Sequence record: SRR22947727_5188
Strand: one strand, 5' to 3'
DNA length: 39,078 bases
Shown here: piece after piece, positions 9,665 through 19,459 of the stretch
Numbering within the stretch: position 1 is the first letter of the stretch
How the letters are laid out: the number at the start of each line of letters is the position of its first letter
Translations under genes and position numbers: made by a program
The notes under the pieces: model-generated
Seen by the model: the letters and a program-made list of their open reading frames with translations, nothing else
Told to the model about the DNA's origin: nothing
Database searches by the model: none

Positions 9665-11668
9665 TTATTTGTAGCTTCTGGTCTTAACTTCTATATTTTC
9701 GTACACCAATTCTTCTTTGTGAAGCACAGCGTCTTTAGGTGCGCCCTTGTACTCCCATGCAGAGACAAATTTAAAGTTTTCGTCGTCCCTAAGGGCTTCT
9801 CCCTCTGGTGTTTGGTACTCTTCTCTAAAGTGTCCGCCACAAGATTCGTTTCTCGTTAAGGCATCTTTAGCAAACAATTCACCGAGTTCTAAAAAGTCTG
9901 CCACACGGCCTGCTTTCTCTAGCTCTTGGTTTTTGGTGTTTATATCTCCTGGGATTTTTACATTTTCCCAAAAGTCTGCTCTTAAAGCGGCTATTTCTTC
10001 AATGGCCTCGTTAAGCTCTTTTTCGTTTCTAGACATCCCACATTTGTTCCACATGATTTTTCCGAGCTTCTTGTGGTAGTAGTCTACAGAATGTAATCCT
10101 TTTCCAGCTTTCATTTTGGCCATTCTATCGGTCACCTCTTTTTCAGCGGCTTCGAATTCAGGACTGTCTGTTGGGATGGTTCCTGTGGCAATGTCGTCTG
10201 CCAAATAGTCTCCAACTGTAGAAGGCAATACGAAGTATCCGTCTGCCAGACCCTGCATTAATGCAGAGGCGCCAAGGCGGTTGGCTCCGTGGTCACTAAA
10301 GTTAGCTTCACCAGCGGCAAAACAACCTGGAATGGTGGTTTGTAAGTTATAATCTACCCAAAGACCTCCCATAGTGTAGTGCACTGCTGGGTAAATCATC
10401 ATAGGGGTTTTGTATGGGTTCTCATCTACGATCTTCTCGTACATCTGGAAAAGGTTCCCGTATTTAGCAGCAATAATGGCTTCTCCAAGTACCCTTACTT
10501 CTATGTCAGAAGCGTCTTTTTGTCCTGAGATAAGCGCTTTTTCTTTTCCGTAACGCATAATGGCAGCGTCAAAGTCCAAGTAAACGGCTTCTCCTGTTTT
10601 ATTTACCCCAAATCCAGCGTCACAACGCTCTTTAGCTGCTCTGGAAGCTACGTCTCTAGGCACTAAATTTCCAAAAGCAGGGTAGCGTCTTTCCAAGAAA
10701 TAATCCCTGTCTGCTTCTACAATTTGAGTAGGTTTTAATTTTCCAGCCCTAATGGCGTCTGCATCTTCTTTTTTTGCGGGCACCCAAATACGTCCGTCAT
10801 TTCTAAGTGACTCAGACATGAGCGTTAGCTTAGACTGGTGGTCTCCAGAAACAGGAATACAGGTAGGGTGAATTTGCGTAAAACATGGGTTGGCAAAATA
10901 AGCCCCTCTTCTGTGGGCACGCCAAGCGGCCATGACATTAGATCCCATAGCATTGGTAGAAAGGAAGAATACGTTTCCGTAACCTCCAGAAGCCAATACC
11001 ACTGCATGTGCAGAATGACGCTCAATGGCTCCAGTGACTAAGTCTCTGGCAATAATTCCTCTTGCCTTACCACCTACCAAGACCAAATCTAGCATTTCAT
11101 GGCGGTTGTAAGGGGTAATTTTACCACGGTTAATCTGACGGTTCATTGCAGAGTAAGCGCCTAATAAAAGTTGTTGTCCTGTCTGTCCTTTCGCGTAGAA
11201 AGTCCTAGATACCAATACCCCTCCAAAAGAGCGGTTGTCTAATTGACCCCCATATTCTCTGGCAAAAGGCACCCCTTGTGCCACACATTGGTCAATAATA
11301 TTTCCAGACACTTCAGCCAAACGGTAAACATTGGCCTCTCTAGAGCGGTAATCTCCTCCTTTAACGGTGTCATAGAACAAACGGTAGTTAGAATCTCCGT
11401 CGCCTTGGTAGTTTTTAGATGCGTTAATCCCTCCTTGTGCTGCAATAGAGTGCGCACGTCTGGGGGAATCTTGGTAGCAAAATGTCTTTACGTTGTACCC
11501 TAGCTCTGCGAGCGATGCCGCAGCGGCACCACCAGCCAATCCAGTCCCCACCACAATCACGTCTATCTTACGCTTATTGGCTGGGTTTACTAGGTTAATC
11601 TTGTTTTTATGTGCCGTCCATTTTTGGTCTAAGGGACCTTTTGGCACTTTTGAATCTAGTACACTCAT
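9665..11668 (-). CDS. sdhA: Succinate dehydrogenase/fumarate reductase flavoprotein subunit
   Basis: [29 protein letters not shown]. Confidence 0.96.
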   Translation of the reverse strand: MSVLDSKVPKGPLDQKWTAHKNKINLVNPANKRKIDVIVVGTGLAGGAAAASLAELGYNVKTFCYQDSPRRAHSIAAQGGINASKNYQGDGDSNYRLFYDTVKGGDYRSREANVYRLAEVSGNIIDQCVAQGVPFAREYGGQLDNRSFGGVLVSRTFYAKGQTGQQLLLGAYSAMNRQINRGKITPYNRHEMLDLVLVGGKARGIIARDLVTGAIERHSAHAVVLASGGYGNVFFLSTNAMGSNVMAAWRAHRRGAYFANPCFTQIHPTCIPVSGDHQSKLTLMSESLRNDGRIWVPAKKEDADAIRAGKLKPTQIVEADRDYFLERRYPAFGNLVPRDVASRAAKERCDAGFGVNKTGEAVYLDFDAAIMRYGKEKALISGQKDASDIEVRVLGEAIIAAKYGNLFQMYEKIVDENPYKTPMMIYPAVHYTMGGLWVDYNLQTTIPGCFAAGEANFSDHGANRLGASALMQGLADGYFVLPSTVGDYLADDIATGTIPTDSPEFEAAEKEVTDRMAKMKAGKGLHSVDYYHKKLGKIMWNKCGMSRNEKELNEAIEEIAALRADFWENVKIPGDINTKNQELEKAGRVADFLELGELFAKDALTRNESCGGHFREEYQTPEGEALRDDENFKFVSAWEYKGAPKDAVLHKEELVYENIEVKTRSYK

Positions 11669-11672
11669 AAGG

Positions 11673-12341
11673 CTACTGCGTTATAGGGTTTAAATGATGG
11701 TATATGGCAATAAAGGCAAATCCCAATGGGATGGCTATGGCATATACTTTGGTAAATGTTTTTATAGCGGCGCTGTATTTGTTGTTCACTCCCATGGTTT
11801 GGAAGGAAGAAGCGAAGCCGTGCAATAAGTGAAGTGCTAAAAGCACAAAAGAAATCACATACAAGCCTGTTTTGATAGGAGAATGAAATTTTTCTACGGT
11901 CTCTGCATAGTAGCGCGTAGGGTCTTCTGGGCTAAATTCCACATATTTGTAGACCATTTCATGAAACCAGAAGTCATACATATGCACGAATAAAAAAGCC
12001 AATACAGTGGCTCCTGATATAATCATATTTCTTGAGATCCAAGAAGCATTTGCGCCGCCGTTGTATTTAAAGTAACGAACGCCACGGGCTTTTCTATTTT
12101 GGATTTCTAAAACAAAGCCCATCACAAAGTGCACAATCACCCCAGCAATAAGCACCGGTTGCAGCGCGTATTGAACCAAAGGATTGTATCCCATGAAATG
12201 AGACCAAGTATTAAAGGTGTCTGGCGCAATAACGGAAGTGATATTAATCACAAAATGCTGCCCCAAGAAAAACACTAAAAATAAGCCTGATAGGGCCATC
12301 ACAATTTTTCTTGCTATGGATGATGAAGGTATTCCACTCAT
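11673..12341 (-). CDS. sdhC: Succinate dehydrogenase cytochrome b subunit (b558 family)
   Basis: Five hydrophobic segments with His ligands; [23 protein letters not shown]. Confidence 0.93.
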   Translation of the reverse strand: MSGIPSSSIARKIVMALSGLFLVFFLGQHFVINITSVIAPDTFNTWSHFMGYNPLVQYALQPVLIAGVIVHFVMGFVLEIQNRKARGVRYFKYNGGANASWISRNMIISGATVLAFLFVHMYDFWFHEMVYKYVEFSPEDPTRYYAETVEKFHSPIKTGLYVISFVLLALHLLHGFASSFQTMGVNNKYSAAIKTFTKVYAIAIPLGFAFIAIYHHLNPITQ

Positions 12342-12361
12342 GTTCTGAATAATTTTACGAG

Positions 12362-12369
12362 CAAATTTA
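12362..12369 (-). promoter_or_regulatory. -7 promoter element for sdhCAB
   Basis: TAAATTTG on the minus strand, 20 nt upstream of the sdhC ATG. Confidence 0.65.
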
Positions 12370-12521
12370 CAGCACGGTGCTGGTTATAACAAACTTTAAG
12401 GCAGGATAATGCGCTATTTGTTCTTAAAAAAATTGTTCCCAATCATTTGTTGCAAATATAAATTCACAAGGGTGTAAAAAGGTAAACAAAAATGACACCT
12501 TGTCTACGGTTAACGCCTGGG

Positions 12522-13307
12522 TTAATCCCTTCCGAGGCAATAGGCAATGCCGCCGCTGAGGTGGTCCAAGAAAGTGGCTTCCTCAAAAGAAGCTTCTGTG
12601 TGGCCGCCGCCAGTGTAGAAAGCCCTGCCGCCAAGACTTTCATGGTACCAGGCAATGGGGTGGTTTGCACCATTGGTCCCACCACTATAAGAATCTTCTT
12701 CCAAGTTTATAAGCACCTTTATGTGTGGATTAATGTTTTTGTAATTGTACCATTCGTCTGCCCTGGTCCATGACAGCGGGAGATTTTTGGTTGCTGGGTG
12801 CTTGCTGTTTAAGACGCGCATCTGGGCAGTGAGCACATTGGGATCATTGGGGTGGCTCTCAAAATATGCCCCCACTAATTTTCCATAAAATGGCCATTCG
12901 TATTCTGTGTCTGCTGCAGCGTGAATGCCCATAAACGCACCGCCATTAGAGATGTAATTCTCAAAGGCTTTTTGCTGATTTTCATTGAGTACTTCAAGGG
13001 TAGTACTCAAGAATAATACCAATTGGTATTTTTTTAAATTGTCTGGATGAAAAGAAAAGGCATCTTCTGTTTGGGTCACTTCAAAACCGTCTTTTTCTCC
13101 GAGTGTTTTTAGGGCTTTTACGCCAGCTTCAATACTGCTGTGTCTCCAGCCTGTTGTTTTGGTAAAAACCATGATCTGCGCAGGGTCTAATGCGTTATTT
13201 TCTTGTGCAAACGCTCCAACGGAGCCAAGTAAAAAGCCTGTGAGAACTAAGGTTTTAAATAGCCAAAAAGGGTTCAGGCTTCGGGAATGAGTCATGGTGG
13301 TTTTCAT
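12522..13307 (-). CDS. Secreted ThuA-like domain protein
   Basis: Signal peptide ending AFA-Q; VFTKTTGWRHSSI, GIHAAADTEY, DEWYN, FYTGGGH; start codon uncertain. Confidence 0.85.
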   Translation of the reverse strand: MKTTMTHSRSLNPFWLFKTLVLTGFLLGSVGAFAQENNALDPAQIMVFTKTTGWRHSSIEAGVKALKTLGEKDGFEVTQTEDAFSFHPDNLKKYQLVLFLSTTLEVLNENQQKAFENYISNGGAFMGIHAAADTEYEWPFYGKLVGAYFESHPNDPNVLTAQMRVLNSKHPATKNLPLSWTRADEWYNYKNINPHIKVLINLEEDSYSGGTNGANHPIAWYHESLGGRAFYTGGGHTEASFEEATFLDHLSGGIAYCLGRD

Positions 13308-13333
13308 GTTAGTAGATGTAAAAAGTAACTAGA

Positions 13334-14230
13334 TTAAACCGCACTAGCTGCTGCTGCGGTGAGGTATTTTTTTGGTGTAGTGCCATATTTCTTTTTAAAG
13401 GCCGCTATATAGTGACTGGCCGTTGAGTAGCCTATTTTAAGTCCCACTTCATTCACATTATAGGCCCCTGAAACCAGTAATTTTCTGCCGTATTCCATCT
13501 TGTAGTCAAACAAGAAACTGTACACGGAGTCTCCGTAAACTTGTTTAAACCCTTCTTTGAGTTTTTTGAGACTCAGGCCAATTTCTTGAGACAGCTCCGT
13601 GAGGGTAGGAGGCTCCGCCATTCTAGCCACAACAATTTCTTTGGCCTTTCTAATGCGTTTTAAGTTGTCTTCATCTACTAAAAAGGGACATTGTGCGGTG
13701 TCTGCCTCTTCAGAAACATTAAAGTATAAAGCCATGAGCTCATAGACCTTGGCTTTTATATAGAGCTCCTTAATATTAGGATGCAAAGTATTGTGCATTA
13801 GCTGGCTAATCACTACCGCAATGGATGGAGACACCGCCTCCTGCGCATAGTATTTTTTGTCTTTGTTTTCGGTGCTTAAAAAAGGGATAATATGGGCCTC
13901 TTTAGAAAACAAGGTGTGGAATTTTCTCAGGGTCATGACCACAGAAAACATCCAAGCATTGGGCTGAAGCACCGCATTGAGCGGCAGGTCTTTTTGGGTG
14001 TTGTATAATAATAAAGACTGTTCTTCAGAAACAGGAAGGCTGTAAGCACCTTCATTAAAAAGAAAGTCTGCACTGCCCTTGAGGCAGAAATGAAACTGAA
14101 TGTAACTGCTGTCTATGGACTTAATGAGCTTTTGAGGTAAAGGACTGTTATTCTGTATTTTAAGTACATAAAAACCTTCTTCTAAATAAATTTCTTCGAA
14201 GGGACTCAGCGCGTTGTTTTTCTCTTCCAT
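13334..14230 (-). CDS. AraC-family transcriptional regulator divergent from hemA
   Basis: C-terminal double HTH (KLKEGFKQVYG...GYSTASHYIAAFKKKYGTTP); linker CPFL. Confidence 0.93.
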   Translation of the reverse strand: MEEKNNALSPFEEIYLEEGFYVLKIQNNSPLPQKLIKSIDSSYIQFHFCLKGSADFLFNEGAYSLPVSEEQSLLLYNTQKDLPLNAVLQPNAWMFSVVMTLRKFHTLFSKEAHIIPFLSTENKDKKYYAQEAVSPSIAVVISQLMHNTLHPNIKELYIKAKVYELMALYFNVSEEADTAQCPFLVDEDNLKRIRKAKEIVVARMAEPPTLTELSQEIGLSLKKLKEGFKQVYGDSVYSFLFDYKMEYGRKLLVSGAYNVNEVGLKIGYSTASHYIAAFKKKYGTTPKKYLTAAAASAV

Positions 14231-14250
14231 ATAGATTTTATGAAGCGTTA

Positions 14251-14277
14251 TTTTATTTAGAATTATTCTAAATAAAA
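14251..14277. promoter_or_regulatory. Perfect 13-1-13 palindrome, probable flavobacterial Fur box
   Basis: TTTTATTTAGAAT-T-ATTCTAAATAAAA between the AraC-gene promoter and its start codon. Confidence 0.8.
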
Positions 14278-14303
14278 AAGTAATACCCTAAGGCTTAGCC
14301 CAA

Positions 14304-14311
14304 CAAAAATA
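14304..14311 (-). promoter_or_regulatory. -7 promoter element for the AraC gene
   Basis: TATTTTTG on the minus strand. Confidence 0.6.
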
Positions 14312-14406
14312 AGAAACTGTGCGCATTTTAAATAAAAATGCATAGAAAATATTCTGTGGCGACACTTATAGTTCCTACAGCGTTATTTTTATCTTTATTG
14401 TGGGCT

Positions 14407-14414
14407 TACTTTTG
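14407..14414 (+). promoter_or_regulatory. -7 promoter element for the hem operon
   Basis: TACTTTTG, 35 nt before the hemA ATG at 14450. Confidence 0.7.
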
Positions 14415-14449
14415 TACTCCGTTTGAAAATCAAGAAGCTGGGCGAAAGC

Positions 14450-15709
14450 ATGAAGGACTACCACATTTCTAAACACCAATCTTTTTTTTGTGTAGGATTA
14501 AACTACCAGAAAGCAGACGCTGCTACAAGAGGCTTATTTAGCCTGCAGGACCAGCAAGTGGTTGAAATACTCGCTGCAGCCAAAGCAGAAGGTTTGGACG
14601 CACTCATGGTGGTAAGCACTTGTAACAGAACCGAACTATACGGTTTTGCCCAAGACCCACATACCCTCATAGCGCTATTGTGCGACACCACCCACGGCAG
14701 TATTGAAGCCTTTCAAGAGGTGGCCTATATTTACAAAAACAAAGAAGCCATTCACCACTTATTTTGCGTAGGTACTGGTTTAGACAGTCAGATATTGGGC
14801 GATTTTGAAATTATTGCTCAGATTAAAAAAGGCTTTACCAGCGCGAAAAAAGTAGGTCTTGCCAATCCATTTATGGAGCGTTTAACCAATGCGGTCATTC
14901 AGGCGAGCAAACGCATTAAAAACGAAACAGACATTTCTACAGGAGCCACTTCAGTTGCTTTTGCCTCTGTACAGTATATTTTAAAACAAGTAGCAGACGT
15001 TTCCAGCAAGAACATCTTGTTGTTTGGTACTGGGAAAATAGGCCGAAACACCTGTGAAAATTTGGTAAAACATACCAAAAACACCCATATAACGCTCATT
15101 AACAGAACCAAAGACACTGCAGAAAAAGTGGCAGGTAAATTTAACCTGCTCGTAAAAGACTACGGAGACCTGCCTTCTGAAATTCGCAAATCAGACATTT
15201 TAGTAGTGGCAACAGGTGCTCAGAAACCCACTGTTTCAAAGGCCCTGATACACCACAACAGACCCCTATTAATCTTAGATTTGTCCATTCCACAAAACGT
15301 AGATCCGGATGTGCAGGAACTGGAAAACGTCACCTTAGTACATTTGGATGAGCTGTCTCAAATTACAGACGGCACCTTAGAAAAAAGACGCGCACACATT
15401 CCTGCAGCTAAAGCCATAATAGCCCATATTGAAGGAGAGTTTAACGCCTGGTTAGAAACCCGTAAGTTTTCTCCGGTCATAAAAGCCCTCAAAAACAAAT
15501 TGCAGGTCATGCAGGCAGAAGAGTTGGATTTCATGCAAAAGAAAACCGCTTATTTTGACGCTGCTACTGCCCAGCAGCTCACGGATAGAATGATCCAAAA
15601 AATCACCAAACAATTTGCAGAACACCTCAAAGAGGTTCAAGACCAACCCGAAGAGAGTGTTGCCCTGATTGAAGCGGTGTTTCAATTAAAAGCCACCACC
15701 AATGGCTAA
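14450..15709 (+). CDS. hemA: Glutamyl-tRNA reductase
   Basis: STCNRTE, GLDSQILGDFEI, GTGKIG; ATG 14450 preferred over TTG 14423. Confidence 0.97.
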   Translation: MKDYHISKHQSFFCVGLNYQKADAATRGLFSLQDQQVVEILAAAKAEGLDALMVVSTCNRTELYGFAQDPHTLIALLCDTTHGSIEAFQEVAYIYKNKEAIHHLFCVGTGLDSQILGDFEIIAQIKKGFTSAKKVGLANPFMERLTNAVIQASKRIKNETDISTGATSVAFASVQYILKQVADVSSKNILLFGTGKIGRNTCENLVKHTKNTHITLINRTKDTAEKVAGKFNLLVKDYGDLPSEIRKSDILVVATGAQKPTVSKALIHHNRPLLILDLSIPQNVDPDVQELENVTLVHLDELSQITDGTLEKRRAHIPAAKAIIAHIEGEFNAWLETRKFSPVIKALKNKLQVMQAEELDFMQKKTAYFDAATAQQLTDRMIQKITKQFAEHLKEVQDQPEESVALIEAVFQLKATTNG

Positions 15710-16613
15710 GACCCTTCGCATAGGCACCAGAGATTCTGCCCTGGCTATGTGGCAGGCCAAGACGGTACAAAGTCAATTGGCCGCCCACGGAATAGCCAGC
15801 GAATTGGTGCCGGTAAAATCCTTAGGTGATTTAAAATTAGACCAGCCTTTGTACGAATTGGGTGTTACTGGTGTATTTACAAAAACCTTAGACCTAGCGC
15901 TATTGGCTGGGGAAATAGATTTGGCGGTGCACTCCTACAAAGATGTTCCCACGGTATTGGCTAAGGGACTTTTCACGGCTGCGGTATTAAAGCGGGCCTC
16001 CACGGCCGACGTCCTAGTGCACAAATCACCAGATTTCACCACCTCAGGACTTCAAATAGCCACCAGTAGTTTAAGACGCAAAGCCCAATGGCTCGCCAAA
16101 TATCCCGAACACCAATTGGTAGATATTAGGGGAAATGTACAAACCCGATTAGAAAAATTAGCGAACAATTCTTGGGGTGGTGCTATTTTTGCAGCAGCAG
16201 GATTGGCCCGACTAGACCTATTGCCTGAAAACGCTATGCGTTTGGATTGGATGGTCCCTGCGCCCGCGCAGGGCGCTATGGTGGTGGTGGCGCAAAGCGC
16301 TCACACCGTCCTTCTAGAAGAACTTTCTGTATTAAACGATTTCCAAACTGCCCTCTGCACCCAGATAGAACGCGAATTTTTAAACGAACTAGAAGGCGGT
16401 TGCACCGCGCCCATAGGCGCGCTGTGCACCACCACCCAAGACCAACTGCACTTTATTGGCGTACTACACAGTTTAGACGGCAAGCAGCATATAGAAACCA
16501 ACACCTTTGTGCCTTTGGACCAGGCCCCAGGATACGGCAGAAAAATGGCCCAAAAGATATTAAGCCAAGGCGGCAAAGCCCTCATGGCGGAGATAAAAAA
16601 AGCATTATCATAA
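15702..16613 (+). CDS. hemC: Hydroxymethylbilane synthase
   Basis: IGTRDSALA, VHSYKD, RGNVQTRL, EGGCTAP. Confidence 0.97.
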   Translation: MAKTLRIGTRDSALAMWQAKTVQSQLAAHGIASELVPVKSLGDLKLDQPLYELGVTGVFTKTLDLALLAGEIDLAVHSYKDVPTVLAKGLFTAAVLKRASTADVLVHKSPDFTTSGLQIATSSLRRKAQWLAKYPEHQLVDIRGNVQTRLEKLANNSWGGAIFAAAGLARLDLLPENAMRLDWMVPAPAQGAMVVVAQSAHTVLLEELSVLNDFQTALCTQIEREFLNELEGGCTAPIGALCTTTQDQLHFIGVLHSLDGKQHIETNTFVPLDQAPGYGRKMAQKILSQGGKALMAEIKKALS

Positions 16614-16623
16614 AAGAAAAACC

Positions 16624-17316
16624 ATGAGCACACCGACCATTCTCAGCACAAAAGCCTTGCAGCCCGCACAACGGTCTAGACTTTTAGCGGCTGGTTTTTC
16701 GGTACAGTCCTACAATGCTGTGGCGGCAGAAGCCCTTACTTTTGATATGCCAGCAGCCCCTTTTCAGGGCATATTTACCAGCCAAAACGCTGTAGCCGCT
16801 TTTTTGTCTCACGAACACCTCTCCACCGCACTCCCCATTTTAGAAGGGGTGTATTGTGTGGGAGAGCGCTCCGCTCAGAAACTCAGAAAAAAAGGGGTAT
16901 TGGTTCACGCAGTAGCAGACAGCGCAGCAGACTTAGAGAAAATCTTGTTTTCAGGGCGCTACGCTTTAGAGAGCAGCCCGCTTTACTATTTCTGTGGCAA
17001 CAGGCATTTGCCCACTTTACCCAACGCTTTTAAAGCAGCAAAGCGGCCTTTAAACATTCGTATTGTATATGAAACAAATGGGGTAGAAAAGGCTTTTGAC
17101 CGTCCTTTTGAAGCCCTATTCTTTTTCAGCCCCAGTGGTGTAGCGGCTTTTACTGAAAACAATAAAATTGGAGACGCCTTTGTAGTGGCCATTGGCCCTA
17201 CTACGGCTCAGGCCGTAGCGGCACACACCAAACAGTATGTAGTGGCCAAGAAGCCCAGTTTTGCCCATATGTTAAGTGCACTTCGGGCACATTATCCCAA
17301 AAAGGACAAGCGCTAA
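16624..17316 (+). CDS. hemD: Uroporphyrinogen-III synthase
   Basis: IFTSQNAV, VYET, FFSPSGV, AIGPTTA; position in the hem operon. Confidence 0.9.
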   Translation: MSTPTILSTKALQPAQRSRLLAAGFSVQSYNAVAAEALTFDMPAAPFQGIFTSQNAVAAFLSHEHLSTALPILEGVYCVGERSAQKLRKKGVLVHAVADSAADLEKILFSGRYALESSPLYYFCGNRHLPTLPNAFKAAKRPLNIRIVYETNGVEKAFDRPFEALFFFSPSGVAAFTENNKIGDAFVVAIGPTTAQAVAAHTKQYVVAKKPSFAHMLSALRAHYPKKDKR

Positions 17317-17336
17317 GCCCGAGCAGAGGCCTTTAA

Positions 17337-17364
17337 AAAATAGCAAAGAGAAAATAGCAAAGAG
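17337..17364 (+). repeat. 14-bp tandem duplication
   Basis: AAAATAGCAAAGAG x2 in the hemD-hemE spacer. Confidence 0.8.
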
Positions 17365-17448
17365 AACAGCAGCGGATACAGTAAAGAAAACAACCTAAAT
17401 AGGAAGCAACACAGAAATAGCGATATTAATTGCCATAAAATAGACCCC

Positions 17449-18480
17449 ATGATAAAGAATGACTTATTCTTAAAAGCCCTTAGAGGTGAAACCGTATCTA
17501 GACCACCGGTCTGGATGATGCGTCAGGCAGGAAGGTACCTTCCGGAGTTTATGGAACTCAAGGACAAGTATGATTTTTTTACCCGTTGTCAGACGCCAGA
17601 ATTGGCTTCGGAAATTACCGTACAACCCATTAGGCGTTACGGTATGGATGTGGCTATTTTATTTTCAGACATTCTAGTGATTCCACAGGCCATGAATATT
17701 GAGGTAGAAATGAAACCCAATTTTGGGCCGTATTTACCCCACCCTATTCGTGACCAAAAAGCAGTAGATCAGGTGATCGTTCCAGACATTCAAGAAACTT
17801 TGGGCTATGTGATGGAAGCCATTAAAATGACCAAAGAAAAGCTCAATGATGAGGTGCCACTCATCGGTTTTGCTGGATCTCCATGGACCATTCTATGTTA
17901 CTGCGTGCAGGGGCAAGGGAGCAAAAACTTTGACAAAGCCAAGGAGTTTTGTTTTACCCAGCCCATTGCGGCACATACTTTATTACAGAAAATTACGGAT
18001 ACGACTATAGCCTACTTAAAAGCCAAAGTGGCTGCAGGAGTGAATGCTGTTCAGGTGTTTGACTCTTGGGGTGGTATGTTGTCTCCTACCGATTATCAGG
18101 AATTTTCTTGGCAGTACATCCAACAAATTATAGACGCCTTAAAAGAAGACGCGCCGGTAATTGCCTTTGGAAAAGGTTGTTGGTTTGCCCTGAGAGAAAT
18201 GTCTCAATCTGGCGCTGCTGCCCTAGGGGTAGATTGGACCTGCTCTGCGCAAAACGCGAGATACTTATCTGGTGGTAAGATTACCCTTCAAGGAAATTTT
18301 GATCCTTCAAGACTCATGTCTCCGCCCAAGACCATCAAGAGAATGGTGCATGAAATGATAGACGCCTTTGGAAAAGACCGCTATATTGTGAACTTAGGTC
18401 ACGGTATATTGCCCAATATTCCTTTAGAAAATGCAGGGGCTTTTATAGAAGCTGTAAAAGAATACAAACCCAGAGATTAA
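17449..18480 (+). CDS. hemE: Uroporphyrinogen decarboxylase
   Basis: [24 protein letters not shown]. Confidence 0.98.
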   Translation: MIKNDLFLKALRGETVSRPPVWMMRQAGRYLPEFMELKDKYDFFTRCQTPELASEITVQPIRRYGMDVAILFSDILVIPQAMNIEVEMKPNFGPYLPHPIRDQKAVDQVIVPDIQETLGYVMEAIKMTKEKLNDEVPLIGFAGSPWTILCYCVQGQGSKNFDKAKEFCFTQPIAAHTLLQKITDTTIAYLKAKVAAGVNAVQVFDSWGGMLSPTDYQEFSWQYIQQIIDALKEDAPVIAFGKGCWFALREMSQSGAAALGVDWTCSAQNARYLSGGKITLQGNFDPSRLMSPPKTIKRMVHEMIDAFGKDRYIVNLGHGILPNIPLENAGAFIEAVKEYKPRD

Positions 18481-18536
18481 AAGGGTTAAAGAGCCGCTTA
18501 AAATACGCTCTATTGCCCCTTTGAAGCACCAATAAC

Positions 18537-19442
18537 ATGAAAGAACAATTCACCACCTATATTAGAGACCTTCAAGACCGCATTTGTAAAGGCTTGGAAG
18601 ACATGGACGGTACCGCCCGTTTTCAGGAAGACCTGTGGGAGCGTCCAGAAGGGGGTGGCGGCCGGACTAGAGTGATTCAAGAGGGATCGGTGTTTGAAAA
18701 GGGCGGCGTGAATACGTCAGCCGTTCACGGCCCATTACCCAAGAGCATGCAGGCTTATTTTGGGGTAGGGGAATCTAATTTTTTTGCCTGTGGCCTGTCT
18801 TTAGTCATGCATCCTAAAAACCCCATGGTGCCTACGGTACACGCCAATTGGCGTTATTTTGAGCTCTATGATCTGGACGGAAATCGCATAGACGCCTGGT
18901 TTGGGGGTGGTCAGGACCTCACCCCTTACTATTTATTCGAGGAAGACGCGCAGCATTTTCACCAGACCTGTAAAACGGCTTGTGACGCTCACGATACCGA
19001 TTTTTATCCAAAATTCAAGGCCCGTTGTGATGACTATTTTTGGAACGAACACCGCCATGAAGCCAGGGGTATAGGGGGCTTGTTTTTTGACTATTGCAAA
19101 GCCACCCCTGAAAGAAGTTTGGAAGAATGGCACCAGTTTGTGGCCCAAGTAGGGGACTCTTTTTTAGACGCCTACCTGCCTATTGTAGCAAAGCGCAAAG
19201 AACTTCCTTACGGTCCTGCCCAAAGAGATTGGCAGGAAATTCGCCGTGGTCGCTATGTAGAATTTAATTTGGTGCACGACAAAGGCACCTTATTTGGCCT
19301 TAAAACCAATGGCCGTATAGAGAGTATATTAATGAGTTTGCCCCCACATGTTCAGTGGGTGTACGACCACCAACCTATAGAAGGCTCAGATGAAGCCGCT
19401 TTATTGGAAGTTTTAGCCACCCCCATAGAATGGGCCCAATAA
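18537..19442 (+). CDS. hemF: Oxygen-dependent coproporphyrinogen III oxidase
   Basis: FEKGGVN, WFGGGQDLTP, RRGRYVEFNL. Confidence 0.98.
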   Translation: MKEQFTTYIRDLQDRICKGLEDMDGTARFQEDLWERPEGGGGRTRVIQEGSVFEKGGVNTSAVHGPLPKSMQAYFGVGESNFFACGLSLVMHPKNPMVPTVHANWRYFELYDLDGNRIDAWFGGGQDLTPYYLFEEDAQHFHQTCKTACDAHDTDFYPKFKARCDDYFWNEHRHEARGIGGLFFDYCKATPERSLEEWHQFVAQVGDSFLDAYLPIVAKRKELPYGPAQRDWQEIRRGRYVEFNLVHDKGTLFGLKTNGRIESILMSLPPHVQWVYDHQPIEGSDEAALLEVLATPIEWAQ

Positions 19443-19459
19443 CCTAAAAAAAAGACCCT

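Noticed and set aside
12343-12359. Possible Fur-type box at sdhC (TTCTGAATAATTTTACG)
   Set aside because: Only 11/16 matches in AT-rich DNA
17337-17400. Possible CRISPR or mini-array
   Set aside because: Two adjacent 14-mers without spacers; no cas genes
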